Positions 13,501 to 24,551 of a stretch of 53,894 bases of DNA are shown in pieces (the stretch's first letter is position 1; every line of letters begins with the position of its first letter). The stretch comes from Paraglomus brasilianum (Eukaryota). Location: contig CAJVPI010000102.1 of the NCBI GenBank assembly GCA_910592345.1, forward strand, positions 1 to 53,894, read 5' to 3'. Both the position numbers and the translations under genes were made by a program. A model generated the notes under the pieces. The model did no database searches. It was not told where the DNA came from and worked only from the letters and a program-made list of their open reading frames with translations.

Positions 13501-14586
13501 CTAAGCAGTGGATTTCCAACATCCGATCGTCTGGTAGACAGCAGCGAGAGTACCAAAGAATCCTACACCCACGTCAGGAAATGAGGAATTTTCGAGAGAC
13601 CAATGTATCTAATGGAGATAATTTACAAGTATATGAAGAAATATACCAAAAAAAGAAAAAAGCAATATGCTAAACCCTCGGGGATAAGATAGCGATACAT
13701 GTATTGATAATGCTACTTACGGTCAATGGTAGATAACCGACGTTAATTAGAGTAGATCTAACGATCTGTTCCTTTTCTGTTTGGACTGCCTTGTGTTCCC
13801 TCAAAATGTCTGCTTCTTGGGCATCTACTTTCTTGACAATACCTCTCTCTTTCTTCTTCAATAACTGCCACTGTTGGAGCAATGCCCAGAATTCCAAAAA
13901 GACGTAAGCAGCCCAAAAGCGACAGCTCCAAATACCTATTCTGTTCATTTTAGATTCTGCGATGTCGATGACTTTGTGATATGCTAGCCACCAGATATGT
14001 TCCAATGGATAATAGAGAATCATTGTGAGGTTCTGTAAGCGATTGATAAACAGTAAGGTTGTGGATGGTGGAGGATGATGTTCAATGTGTATCATCCATT
14101 GAACGAGCGGCAACAATCCATAAAATCTATGGTGGAAATAGTGGAAAAAACGAATGATACATGAGCAGAGTACTATCGGCGAACGACTTTTGCTTTGCGC
14201 GGCTTCATACCTAAGTAATATTCTGAAATCAGCAACAGGGTTAGCAAAGTTGGAAACTCTCTCTGCAAGTTTATTCTTGCCAAGTCGAATGAGAAACCAT
14301 ATGACTATCTTTGAATAATATTGGATAAACTTTAAAGAACAAACATAACGTTAGTCAAGTATATGAAAATGAAAAGACTTTGAAAGCGGCTCGCTGGCTA
14401 TTTTCTGAGAAACATGGTGGACAAGCACACCTTCCTCAGAATTGGTTAACCAACCATTAACACTTTATCGGTGCCTGGTACTGAATTTAGGAAGCTCACA
14501 ATACGGTCGAGCTTGGGGCTCGGCTGCAGTAAAGCAGCAAGTGCGAGCGGGTTGACTGCATTGAATGATTTGGAGAGGTTCGCCAT
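13501..14586 (-). CDS. PEX11: PEX11-family peroxisomal membrane protein (Pex11C-like), 4 exons
   Basis: Spliced product MANLSKSFN...FLNSVPGTDKVLM|FIQYYSK...VADFRILLR|FYGLLPLVQW...YYPLEHIWWL...WSCRFWAAYV...LPLT|IHWSLENSSFPDVGVGFFGTLAA...WKSTA*. These motifs are typical of the fungal PEX11 family. Confidence 0.85.
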
Positions 14587-16112
14587 TATCGTAGAGACGA
14601 GAGATTAGATAGCGGGAAGCGCCTGTCATGTTCATGTGAACTTTGGACAGATTGTGTGACAGACATGCCAGAAATTAACCATAATAATAATAAATATTTA
14701 CAGTGGGCTAGAATGCATCGATGCCAAATTATCTTGGTTCTTTCCCAAGAATATAGTACGAGCATTCTTTTCAAATACTTGGGCACACTTTTGAGCACCG
14801 AACACTAAGAAGATCTACGTCGCCCGGTATGTGATCATACTGCCAATCGAAATTTGCCTGGTCAGTGCTGGTGGTATTATTTCCATTTCGTGTTAACGCG
14901 ACGATTAATTGTAAGAGCAAATGTAATGTATGTAATTGTATGTGGCAATTCGTTGATGGCATACTTACGACTATATAATTATCGACAGAACTGAATGAAG
15001 GTTCTCGTTACGATTCGCTTGCCTCTATTGCTTATTAACAGTAGAATTTATGATCAGTGCAACAGAAAAGGAAAACCCATCACAATGATAGTTTATATGA
15101 AAAATTATGTGGATATGAAGGCAGTGGACGATATAACCCAACAGGAGAGAGATATTGTGCTGGTATTTTATGCATATAATTTAAATGTCGCTAGAGATTT
15201 ATGGCCAAGACGATGTAGCAAACGGCTTTCTTCCCTTGAGATTAAGAGGTACCCGTGAAGAGCTATGAAAAGATCTCTGTCTCAAATTCACCAATTGGAG
15301 AACGTTTAAACGAATTGTTTCACCGAGAGTAATAGTAAGCAATTATCAACTAATGCTGCAAATGCTGGATTGTTCCGTACCTCCTTCTAATGAATGGCTT
15401 ACTATCATATCTTCTTTGCCTTTACGGATGTATTACGTCCTTATGGGAGGTTTCGTGCAGTTAAATAATAAACAACTGCATTGTTCGACTCGCATCTCTT
15501 CATTAGTAAACAAAACAAAAGGCAAATAATAGCGTTCAATTGACTAGCCAAGATCGAGGAAGTTACTAATCCCACGTTAAATCGATTTATTATTATTCCT
15601 TATTATTATAATTTTGTCACATGATCGCAGGTACCATGCGCTAAATAATAAGAGCATACACAACGTTTATTATTATTTGTTTTGCATCAGATAGTATAAA
15701 TGAAGTATTCAATATTATGTTTAAATATTGCGGCTCTTATTCCTTAGTTACGTGTATAGTTAACACTCATATCTTTGTCAAACAAATAATTGTCCCTGTC
15801 TGGTCTGATCCAATCTACAGCTAGATGCTACTCTACTTCCGTAAGCTGGTATATCCGGCTTATTTCAGCCCCTACACTTCGTTTAGCAACAAGAAGAGTA
15901 GAGTTATACTTAGAAAACAATTAATAAATGCCCTTAGTCGAAGAATATATAAATTAAAAGAAGAGGTTAGTTTCGACGTGTATTTTTAAGGAATTCCTTA
16001 TAATTTTAGTAACCTCATCGTTTACATTCTTAAACCAACTCGTTTAATTGATTTCACTGCTTCTTGTAATACGGCAAATTATACAATACACACCGATGGA
16101 ATGTAGCTGTAA

Positions 16113-18258
16113 TGTTACGCACTCTGAATATCTTAAAGGGGTTGACCCATTTTTGATTTTGGATAATCTACGAAAATTTTTTACACACGCTAAGTATAAG
16201 ATATTTTATAGACTATACCAGATATGTATAAATTAATGATGCGGGAAGTTATATTATCGAAAAGCATCTTTTCAATAGACAGGCGCATGTGATTTTGACG
16301 CTTAATCTCTCGCTACTGTTTATGCATATGATTAGCTCAGCATTCATCAGACAGAGTTCCAAGGCCATTCATTTCAAAAAGTCGTATGATGATACAGTTG
16401 TGATAATATCTGTTCTGACCCAATTCCGAATCTTGAAATGGGTCAACCCACTTCAGAGTGTGATCAATTAGATTATTATTATTATATCAATGGTAATAAT
16501 AAACACACGAATTTTATTTATGAATAGCAAATACGAATAATAAAGAAAGAAATTAATGTTTATAATTAGTTGACGCAGTCGGTATTTGCTGGATACACAT
16601 TGTTTATTCAATCTCTGACGTCTGATATTGCGTCAACGTGTGCAAATGCTACATGCAACAACCAATTTCTTCTGGTAATGTAACTGTAATGAGTGTTTGA
16701 GTTCTTCAAATGACAGCGTGTTGTAATCTTGATGTATGGAACGTATTACAATTACAATGTAACAAAACTTTCAATTTGCTAATATGCATTATACTGAACG
16801 ATTTTTTGAGTCAGAATGACTTATGCGACAATCGGATGACATATTGGGAATTCTCCATCAATTCATCAAATTTGGCATGAGATATAATGATCATTTTAGT
16901 ATGTCAATCTTGACGGGGTTACATATGACTTTATTTATATAGAACATATCGGCAATGCAGCAACCTTAATATTCATGAATCTATGTCATTGTTTGATACG
17001 ATTTTCCAGAACCCTATTTCTTTAAAGCCTAACTGTTTTGATCGTCATACTATTTCAAAACTCGATTATTCAATCGTTCTATTCTTTGTGATTGCCTGAA
17101 TTAAAATCCTTTTTTGTTAAAAGCCCACATAATACGATTTTCTAAATAGCTACGCGCAACAAACCTGAAGATCATAACTGCACGTAAATCAGATGATCTG
17201 AACAGACTAGTAGATATAATGAATCGTATGATAATCAAAGCAATTATGACTTTTAACAAAAAAGGATCGTAAGGCAAGGTTGTTTTTTTGAACGATTTAT
17301 GCTTTCAAAAAGAAATAAGCTGGAACCAATGCCAATGATATAGATGAACATCAAACATTGCAATTCGGTTCGCTGAACTTTTATTATCACAAATAAAGTC
17401 TCAACTCTCTTTCATTCAACACCGTCAAGATTGACATACTAAAACAAACATGTCTAACAATCATCTTAACTTTATGTCTCATGCCAATTACTTGAATAAT
17501 ATGTCATCCGATTGCCATACTGACTCAAGAAATCGTAAACAGGCAGATTGAAATTCTTAACGGTTCGGAGACAAGTGCAAAGCCAAACTATAAACACTGG
17601 GTACAGCAAACGTTCAGTATAATGCATATTGGCAAGTTGAAAAATTTATTATTCAAAAAAGTAAAAAACTCGTGTGTGAATATGTACAATGTAATCTGTT
17701 CTATACATCAATATTTACAACACGTTGGCTACAAAAAGACATTTGAAGAACTCAAACACTCATTACGGTTAAATTAGTTGTTGTATGTAGCATTGTCAGA
17801 GATTGAATGAACAATGTGTATTCAGCAAATACCAACTGCATTAACAAATAACTGCTGGTTTATAAAAGCGTCAACTAATTATAATCTTCTTTCTTTATTA
17901 TAATTATTGCAAATTTTGAAGTGATATAATCGAGTAGTGGGTTGACCCATGGAAATGGGTTAGAACAGATTATACGACTCATTTGTCTGGTGAATGGCCT
18001 GATATGTATAAACAGTAGCGAGAGACTAAGCGTAATTGTAGGTCAAACCACATAGAACATAAGTTACGTCTATTGAAAAATATGCTCAAGTAAATAAAAT
18101 GCTTGTTATACATATCTGGTATAGTCTATGTAGATTATCCCTATTTGCAAAAATCAACCATTTAAAGATCCCAGAATGGGTTGACCCCCGTTCTTAGAAG
18201 GGGTCAAATCCGGAATGATCTTAGAAGGGGGGGTCAAATCCCGGAATGGGTCGTAACA
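16113..18258. mobile_element. Palindromic (foldback) Ginger2/KRBA2-like integrase transposon derivative
   Basis: Termini TGTTACG (16113) and CGTAACA (18258), each flanked by TAA. The arms are inverted repeats along their whole length around ~17180. The right arm encodes ICSIHQYLQHVGYKKTFEELK (17589-17760). The left arm (minus strand) encodes CSIC and a QRLNKQC C-terminal remnant. Confidence 0.75.
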
Positions 18259-18432
18259 TAAATAGAACGCAATCTGTGTGTAACTTTGTGATCTTACTAT
18301 TACGCCAACATTTCCCTTCCCTATCGTCCAACATTTACTACACGCTTTATATATTTTAATAACACTGTTCCTGCCCTGAATATATATAATATAGTCCTTG
18401 TACATTTACGTTTATACCCGGTTTATACTAGT

Positions 18433-20895
18433 ATGGGAAAACGAGATCAACTCGAGTTATATCAACAAGCAGCTGAACAGGGAGATTTCACTACACAATA
18501 TAACCTTGATTACTGTTACAAGAATGGAATTGGAGTAGAAATAAAAGCAATTGATATTGAGCTATATCAAAAAGCAGCCGAACAGGGATATGCCTATGCA
18601 CAATTTAAGCTGGCTGCATGTTATAAACTTGGACTTGGAGTAGAAAGAAATGAGCAAAAAGCAATTGAGCTATATCAAAATGCAGCTGAACAGGGATATG
18701 CCAATGCACAATTTAAACTGGCTGCATGTTATAAACTTGGAATTGGAGTAGAAAGGAATGAGCTAAAAGCAACCGAGTTAGTTCAAAAAGCAGCTGAACA
18801 AGGACATGTTCTTGCTCAATATAACCTTGCTGTATATTATAAAAATGGAATCTGGTTAGAAAGAAATGAACAAAAAGCTGTTGAATTATTTCAAAAAGCA
18901 GCTGAACAGGGATATGCCAATGCACAATCTAAGCTAGCTGCATATTCTAAACTTGGAATTGGAGTAGAAAGTAACAAGCAAAAATTGGTTGAGTTATATA
19001 AAAAAGCATCTGAACCAGGAGATGCCAGTGTGCAATATAACTGTTATGAAGACAGAAATGGAGTACAAAGAGATGAATTAAAAACAGTTGAGTTATATCA
19101 AAAAGCTACTGAACAAGAACATCCCAGTGCACAATATAACCTTGCTGTATGTGATAAAGATGGAACTGGATTAGAAAAAGATGAGCAAAAAGCAGTTGAA
19201 TTATATCAAAAAGCTGCTGAACAAGGAGAAGCTAAAGCTCAATATAACCTTGCTTTATGTTATGAAGATGGAATAGGAGTAGAAAGAGATGAACAAAAAG
19301 CAGTTGAGTTATACCAAAAAGCATCTGAACAAGGACATGCCAGTGCACAGTGTAATCTTGCTTTATGTTATATGAATGGAATTGGAGTAGAAAAAGATGA
19401 TTTAAAAGCAGTTGAGTTATATCAAAAAGCTGCTGAACAAAGACATGCCAATGCACAATATAACCTTGCCATATGCTATATAAATGGAACTGGAGTAGAA
19501 AGAGATGAACTAAAAGCAGTTGAGTTATATTATAAAGCAGCTAAACAAGGATATGCCAGTGCACAATATAACCTTGGTTACTGTTATGAAAATGGAATTG
19601 GCATAGAAAGAGATGAACAAAAAGCAGTTGAGTTATATCAAAAAGCAGTTGAACATGGAGAAGCTAGAGCTCAATATGACCTTGCTATACATTATGAAGA
19701 TGGAATTGGAGTAGAAAAAGATGAACAGAAAGCAGTTGAGTTATATCAAAAAGCTGCTGAACAGGGACATACTGGTGCACACTGTAATCTTGCTTTATGT
19801 TATATGAATGGAATTGGAGTAGAAAAAGATGATCAAAAAGCAGTTGAATTATATCAAAAAGCAGCTGAACAAGGAGATGCCACTGCTCAATATGGCCTTG
19901 CTGTATTTTATGAACATGGATTTGGAATAGAAAGAGATGAACAAAAAGCAGTTGAGCTATATCAAAAAGCTGCTGAACAAGGACATGCCAGTGCACAATA
20001 TAGCCTAGGTTATTGTTACAATAGTGAACTTGGAGTAGAAAGAGATGAATTAAAAGCAGTTGAGCTATATCAAAAAGCAGCTAAACAAGGACATACTAGT
20101 GCACAGTTTATTCTTGCTTTATATTATATGAATGGAATTAGAGTAAAAAGAGATGAGCAAAAAGCAGTTGAGTTATATCAAAAAGCTGCTAAACAAGGAC
20201 ATACTAGTGCACAATGTAATCTTGCTTTATGTTATATGAATGGAATTGGAGTAGAAAGAGATGAATTAAAAGCAGTTGAATTATATCAAAAAGCTGCTGA
20301 ACGAGGACATACCAATGCACAATATAACCTTGGTTACTGTTATGAAAATGGAATTGGTATAGAAAAAGATGAACAAAAAGCTGCTGAGTTATACCAAAAA
20401 GCTGCTGAACAAGGACATGCCAGTGCACAGTGTAATCTTGCTTTATGTTATATGAATGGAATTGGAGTGGAAAGAGATGAATTAAAAGCAGTCGAGTTAT
20501 ATCAAAAAGCTGCTAAACAAAGACATGCCAATGCACAATATAACCTTGGTTACTGTTATGAAAATGGAATTGGCATAGAAAAAGATGAACTAAAAGCAGT
20601 TGTGTTATATAAAAAAGCAGCTAAACAAGGGTATGCCAGTGCACAATATAACCTTGGTTACTGTTATGAAAATGGAATTGGCATAGAAAAAGATGAACAA
20701 AAAGCAGTTGAGTTATATCAACAAGCTGCTGAACAAAGACATGCCAGTGCACAGTGTAGTCTTGCTTTATGTTATATGAATGGAATTGGAGTAGAAAGAG
20801 ATGAATTAAGAGCAGTTGGATTATATCAAAAAGCTGCTGAACAAGGACATGCCAATGCACAGTGTAGTCTTGCTTTATTTTATGTGATGAACTAA
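18433..20895 (+). CDS. Sel1-like repeat protein, ~22 tandem 36-aa repeats, no other domain; 3' end probably truncated by a frameshift
   Basis: Repeats of AQYNLA/GxCYxxGxGVE(K/R)DExKAVELYQKAAEQG with 108-bp periodicity. Out-of-frame repeat remnants continue past the stop (GCAGTTGAGTTATATCATAAAGCA at ~20901). Confidence 0.9.
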   Translation: MGKRDQLELYQQAAEQGDFTTQYNLDYCYKNGIGVEIKAIDIELYQKAAEQGYAYAQFKLAACYKLGLGVERNEQKAIELYQNAAEQGYANAQFKLAACYKLGIGVERNELKATELVQKAAEQGHVLAQYNLAVYYKNGIWLERNEQKAVELFQKAAEQGYANAQSKLAAYSKLGIGVESNKQKLVELYKKASEPGDASVQYNCYEDRNGVQRDELKTVELYQKATEQEHPSAQYNLAVCDKDGTGLEKDEQKAVELYQKAAEQGEAKAQYNLALCYEDGIGVERDEQKAVELYQKASEQGHASAQCNLALCYMNGIGVEKDDLKAVELYQKAAEQRHANAQYNLAICYINGTGVERDELKAVELYYKAAKQGYASAQYNLGYCYENGIGIERDEQKAVELYQKAVEHGEARAQYDLAIHYEDGIGVEKDEQKAVELYQKAAEQGHTGAHCNLALCYMNGIGVEKDDQKAVELYQKAAEQGDATAQYGLAVFYEHGFGIERDEQKAVELYQKAAEQGHASAQYSLGYCYNSELGVERDELKAVELYQKAAKQGHTSAQFILALYYMNGIRVKRDEQKAVELYQKAAKQGHTSAQCNLALCYMNGIGVERDELKAVELYQKAAERGHTNAQYNLGYCYENGIGIEKDEQKAAELYQKAAEQGHASAQCNLALCYMNGIGVERDELKAVELYQKAAKQRHANAQYNLGYCYENGIGIEKDELKAVVLYKKAAKQGYASAQYNLGYCYENGIGIEKDEQKAVELYQQAAEQRHASAQCSLALCYMNGIGVERDELRAVGLYQKAAEQGHANAQCSLALFYVMN

Positions 20896-21408
20896 TAAAG
20901 GCAGTTGAGTTATATCATAAAGCATCTGACTATATCAGGAAGTAATAAAACAGGCACTTTTGTCAGAAAATGTTAGACATTATTAATTTTTGTTATCAAA
21001 TCTGTAGTTAATTTTCATAATAATAATAAAGAGAAGGAAATGTTTATGCACAATATATTCTTGGCTTTATTATAAAATGGAATTGGATATTCAAAAAGGA
21101 CTTTAACACAGCTGAACAGAGATATAATAAAGCACAAGATAAGGTGTATATTCTGTATGAAAATGGATTAGAAGTAAAGAGAGAAGATTGAGTTGTATGA
21201 GTGTGATAAAAAAACATGTTTAATATAGGGCATTAAACAAAAAATTGATCAAAATGCCATTAAGATATGTGACTGTGAATTTGAATATAATTACATACTA
21301 ATACATTAAATACAGTGTAAGCATTTTAGGATCAACACTGCCACTTTCATCACATAATGCACACTGCATTGCACAGTTTTTTCCATTTTCCACCATATTA
21401 ATATGTAT

Positions 21409-22164
21409 TGTTACGGTCGGATTGTCTGGGTTTGGGAGAGTGAATAATCTTTCGCGTAGGGGTGTTCTCCCGACCGGGGGTTATTACCAGATTAGCTTCG
21501 TGCTACCACCCTTATTATAGTTGTTCAATTACAACTGAATTCTAATCTACAAGTGACCTTATCTATTATAATTAAATTTGCGCACTTCCTAACTCCCTAT
21601 CCGAGCTTCGATCCAAATAAGAGTACCCACGATAGAATAACAACAACAATTATTCTACGCAGAAATTAAATTAAACAGGGGGGCTTTCTTCGATTTGATA
21701 TTCGACTAGTCGGGTTCCGTCACTTGTCTCTAAATAATTAATTAAACAATTTTTGTTTCAATAAATAATTATTGGCTCTCGTTTCTCAATTAAAAGAATA
21801 GATCAAACGGACAACTTGTACAGCTTACATGAGCCGTTTATTAGTGTGTCCGGTTAAATAATTAATATTTCAACAATGAAAGAAGGTAAAGTTCGATTTC
21901 AAAGGGAACGTTTATTATTATTATTCCGTGGAGTGGGAATTATTGTTCTAATAACATAAGCAATATTTTATAACAACATGAACAATATTCACAACATATA
22001 CAATATGAGAATTCGACGATGGGATAAGGGTCGCTTATACTGTATACCTTTAGCAACACTCAAAATTCGACACGGTGCGACGCCGTACTACCATTCTAAA
22101 ATTAACATTGATATGACTGCGGAGGAAGATTTTACCATGTGACTTGCTTATCTGAGTCATATCA
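21409..22164 (-). mobile_element. Solo-LTR-like repeat copy 2 (TG...CA ends)
   Basis: Begins TGTTACGG and ends TCATATCA (imperfect terminal inverted repeat). Homologous to 9221-9882. No target-site duplication found. Confidence 0.65.
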
Positions 22165-22179
22165 GATCGGCTTGCCATA

Positions 22180-22835
22180 TTGCTTTGGTCAAATTGGAGT
22201 CAGAAAACTCCTTGTCACAGAAGTTAACTGGAAAAAGGCTCAAGAATGGGAATCCATTATTTGGGGTGATGAACCTAGATTTGAATATTCAGAGGAGATG
22301 GTAAGAAATACATCTGGAGAAAACCTCATGAGAAAATATGATGATGATATGGGCTGTTTTATGAAAAAAGGTCTTGGCCCATTGGTTAGATTAGATATAT
22401 AAATGTGTTAGAAATGAATTTACTACCATACCTAAATACTGATGATTATGTTTTCCAGGAAGATAATACTTCCATTCATACAGCAAAGAAAACTACAGAG
22501 TGGAAGAGAACAAATAATGTCTATAGTATTTCCTGGCCTGCCCAAAGCCCAGGCATGAATATTTATGGGATAAATTAGAAAGGCCCAAAAATTGTGAAAA
22601 ATTGTGGCAGATACCTCAAATGGAGTGGTTACAAATTGATAAAAGTAAATACAAAAATCTCGTTAATAGTATGCCACGTAGAGTAGCAGCAGTCATAGCT
22701 AGTAATGACTATCCAACAAAATATTAATATGTTTTTCTTTCTAACAAATCAATTTTTATCGAAATTGTTACAGTGATTATCAAGATAATCGAGTTTAAAG
22801 TTGGTGTCGATGATGAATAAAGTGCCCCATGTACG
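22180..22835 (+). pseudogene. Tc1-family transposase, degenerate C-terminal DDE half
   Basis: Frameshifted pieces IIWGDEPRF, GCF..KGLGPLVRL, YVFQEDNTSIHTAK, WPAQSP, LWDKLER and LVNSMPRRVAAVIASNDYPTKY* (stop ~22727). Confidence 0.88.
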
Positions 22836-23100
22836 TACAAGATGCAACAGCCTACAGGCAGTTGTATAGGTAGTTTTACAAGTTGCTCTTGCACACAGCA
22901 TTATTCATAGATTAACTAACATGGGTATATTTAAACAATGTGCTTTCCCGCTACGTTCGGTGGGTGTGTTCTCATTCTTTATTCATACATTTTTTATTAT
23001 GACCTTCGTATTTTTTAGTTGCATCCCGTGATGCATGAAATTAATACATCTGATGAATGGAACAAGTATAATAAAAGATTCCGAGACAAAGACCAAGCAA

Positions 23101-24135
23101 TTATACTTTAGAGTCGGCAGAATCTTGTCTTATAAACCCAACACGCTCATTAATTGCTTTACAAATATTTTCAAATTCAACCAGATCTTCGAATTTTGTT
23201 GTATTCTCTCCAAGTATGAATTCAGCTTGACGTGTTCGTACTAGGTCCACCAAATGAGCCGCCGTATCGAGCTCCGTGGCAATATCTCTAATTAAAGAAC
23301 GAATATAAGTCCCTCCACCACATTGAACCCTAAGTTTAAATATCGGATATGGTGACGCATTAGATGATGTAGACATTGTTGCCTTTGATTCATCTGACAT
23401 GGCGTCTGCATGATTTTGTATTGGTGGTTTATAGTTGTGTTGTGTAGTAAAGTCAAGCAGCTCTAGGCGATCTATACGCACATCGCGTGATTCAATTGGT
23501 CTTGGTAGTTCAACGTTGTTACGAGCATATTCGTACAGGCGTGTGCCATCCATGCGCAATGCAGAGTATCTTAAGGACGAATACAGACAGAATAAACAAG
23601 CCATTGATTATCATCCAAGTTACATGAAATACTATATCAACACACTCACATGGGTGGAATCTGTTTCATGACTCCGATAAATTTTGGTAAAATAGCTTGT
23701 AATTTCTCTTGAACCCCATTATACACAGGTTTCACATCTGTAACTCGTCCTTCAGCATCAAGAGTGTCAGTTTGGAAACCAAACATTGCAGTGGCTTCGT
23801 AAGTCTATCCTAATCAATCGATCGATTAATCAAATCAGTTCATTCGGTCACATCCTGACTGCCAAAAATCTTCATCTGATTACCTTGTCACATTTAAAAA
23901 ACCTTTGTAACTCTTTTGTCCCATTATTCACTCCCACGACCAACACTCCTGATGCCATTGGATCTAATGTTCCTCCATGTCCTAATTTGATTACCTTTCT
24001 ACGCGTTATTTCTATTTTTGTGGCTGCTGCATAAGCGCGGGCGGCTTTGTTGATTAAAGCTAGAACTTGCGTGCATGTCATACCACGCGGTTTATTAGTT
24101 GCAAAGAGTCCGTGAACTTGTATCTTATTTGCCAT
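23101..24135 (-). CDS. PUS4: tRNA pseudouridine-55 synthase (TruB/Pus4), 3 exons
   Basis: Motifs FATNKPRG, KLGHGGTLDPMASGVLVVG, TYEATAMFGFQTDTLDAEG, QIPP|YSALRMDGTRLYEYAR and CGGGTYIRSLIRDI. Confidence 0.93.
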
Positions 24136-24551
24136 GCTTAACCAAGTACTGAAACATGGATTTTTCTGTTCTACGGTCACCTGATTAAACTATAAAAAAT
24201 CACGTTCACATGATTGTGTTACCAGCGAGCTAAAAGTAAAAAAGTCTCAAACATAAGGTGCTGACTAAAGTACCCCGGGTATTTTACATTAATTAAATCC
24301 AACATAAAGATTTTGCCGACTTCGACTTCCAAATTTATTTGTTTAATACTCGGTATTCTCTATGCTGACATCAAATATTTTACTAACAAAATGTATTTAG
24401 AATGATTTAAAATATTTATGTTCAAATTTTCATAAAATTGCGATGAGAAATGATGGAGAACATATTATCTACGAATTTTGTGTGATATTTAAAGCCTTTT
24501 GTGTTTATTGCTCAATGAATGTTTACATTTTATTGCTAATAACAATAACAA

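Noticed and set aside
13266..13673. 135-aa plus-strand ORF
   Set aside because: It overlaps the last PEX11 exon in antisense and has no recognisable features.
18713..20860. Repeated MHWHVLVQQLFD ORFs on the minus strand (also 44241-48920)
   Set aside because: They are antisense shadows of the Sel1 repeats.
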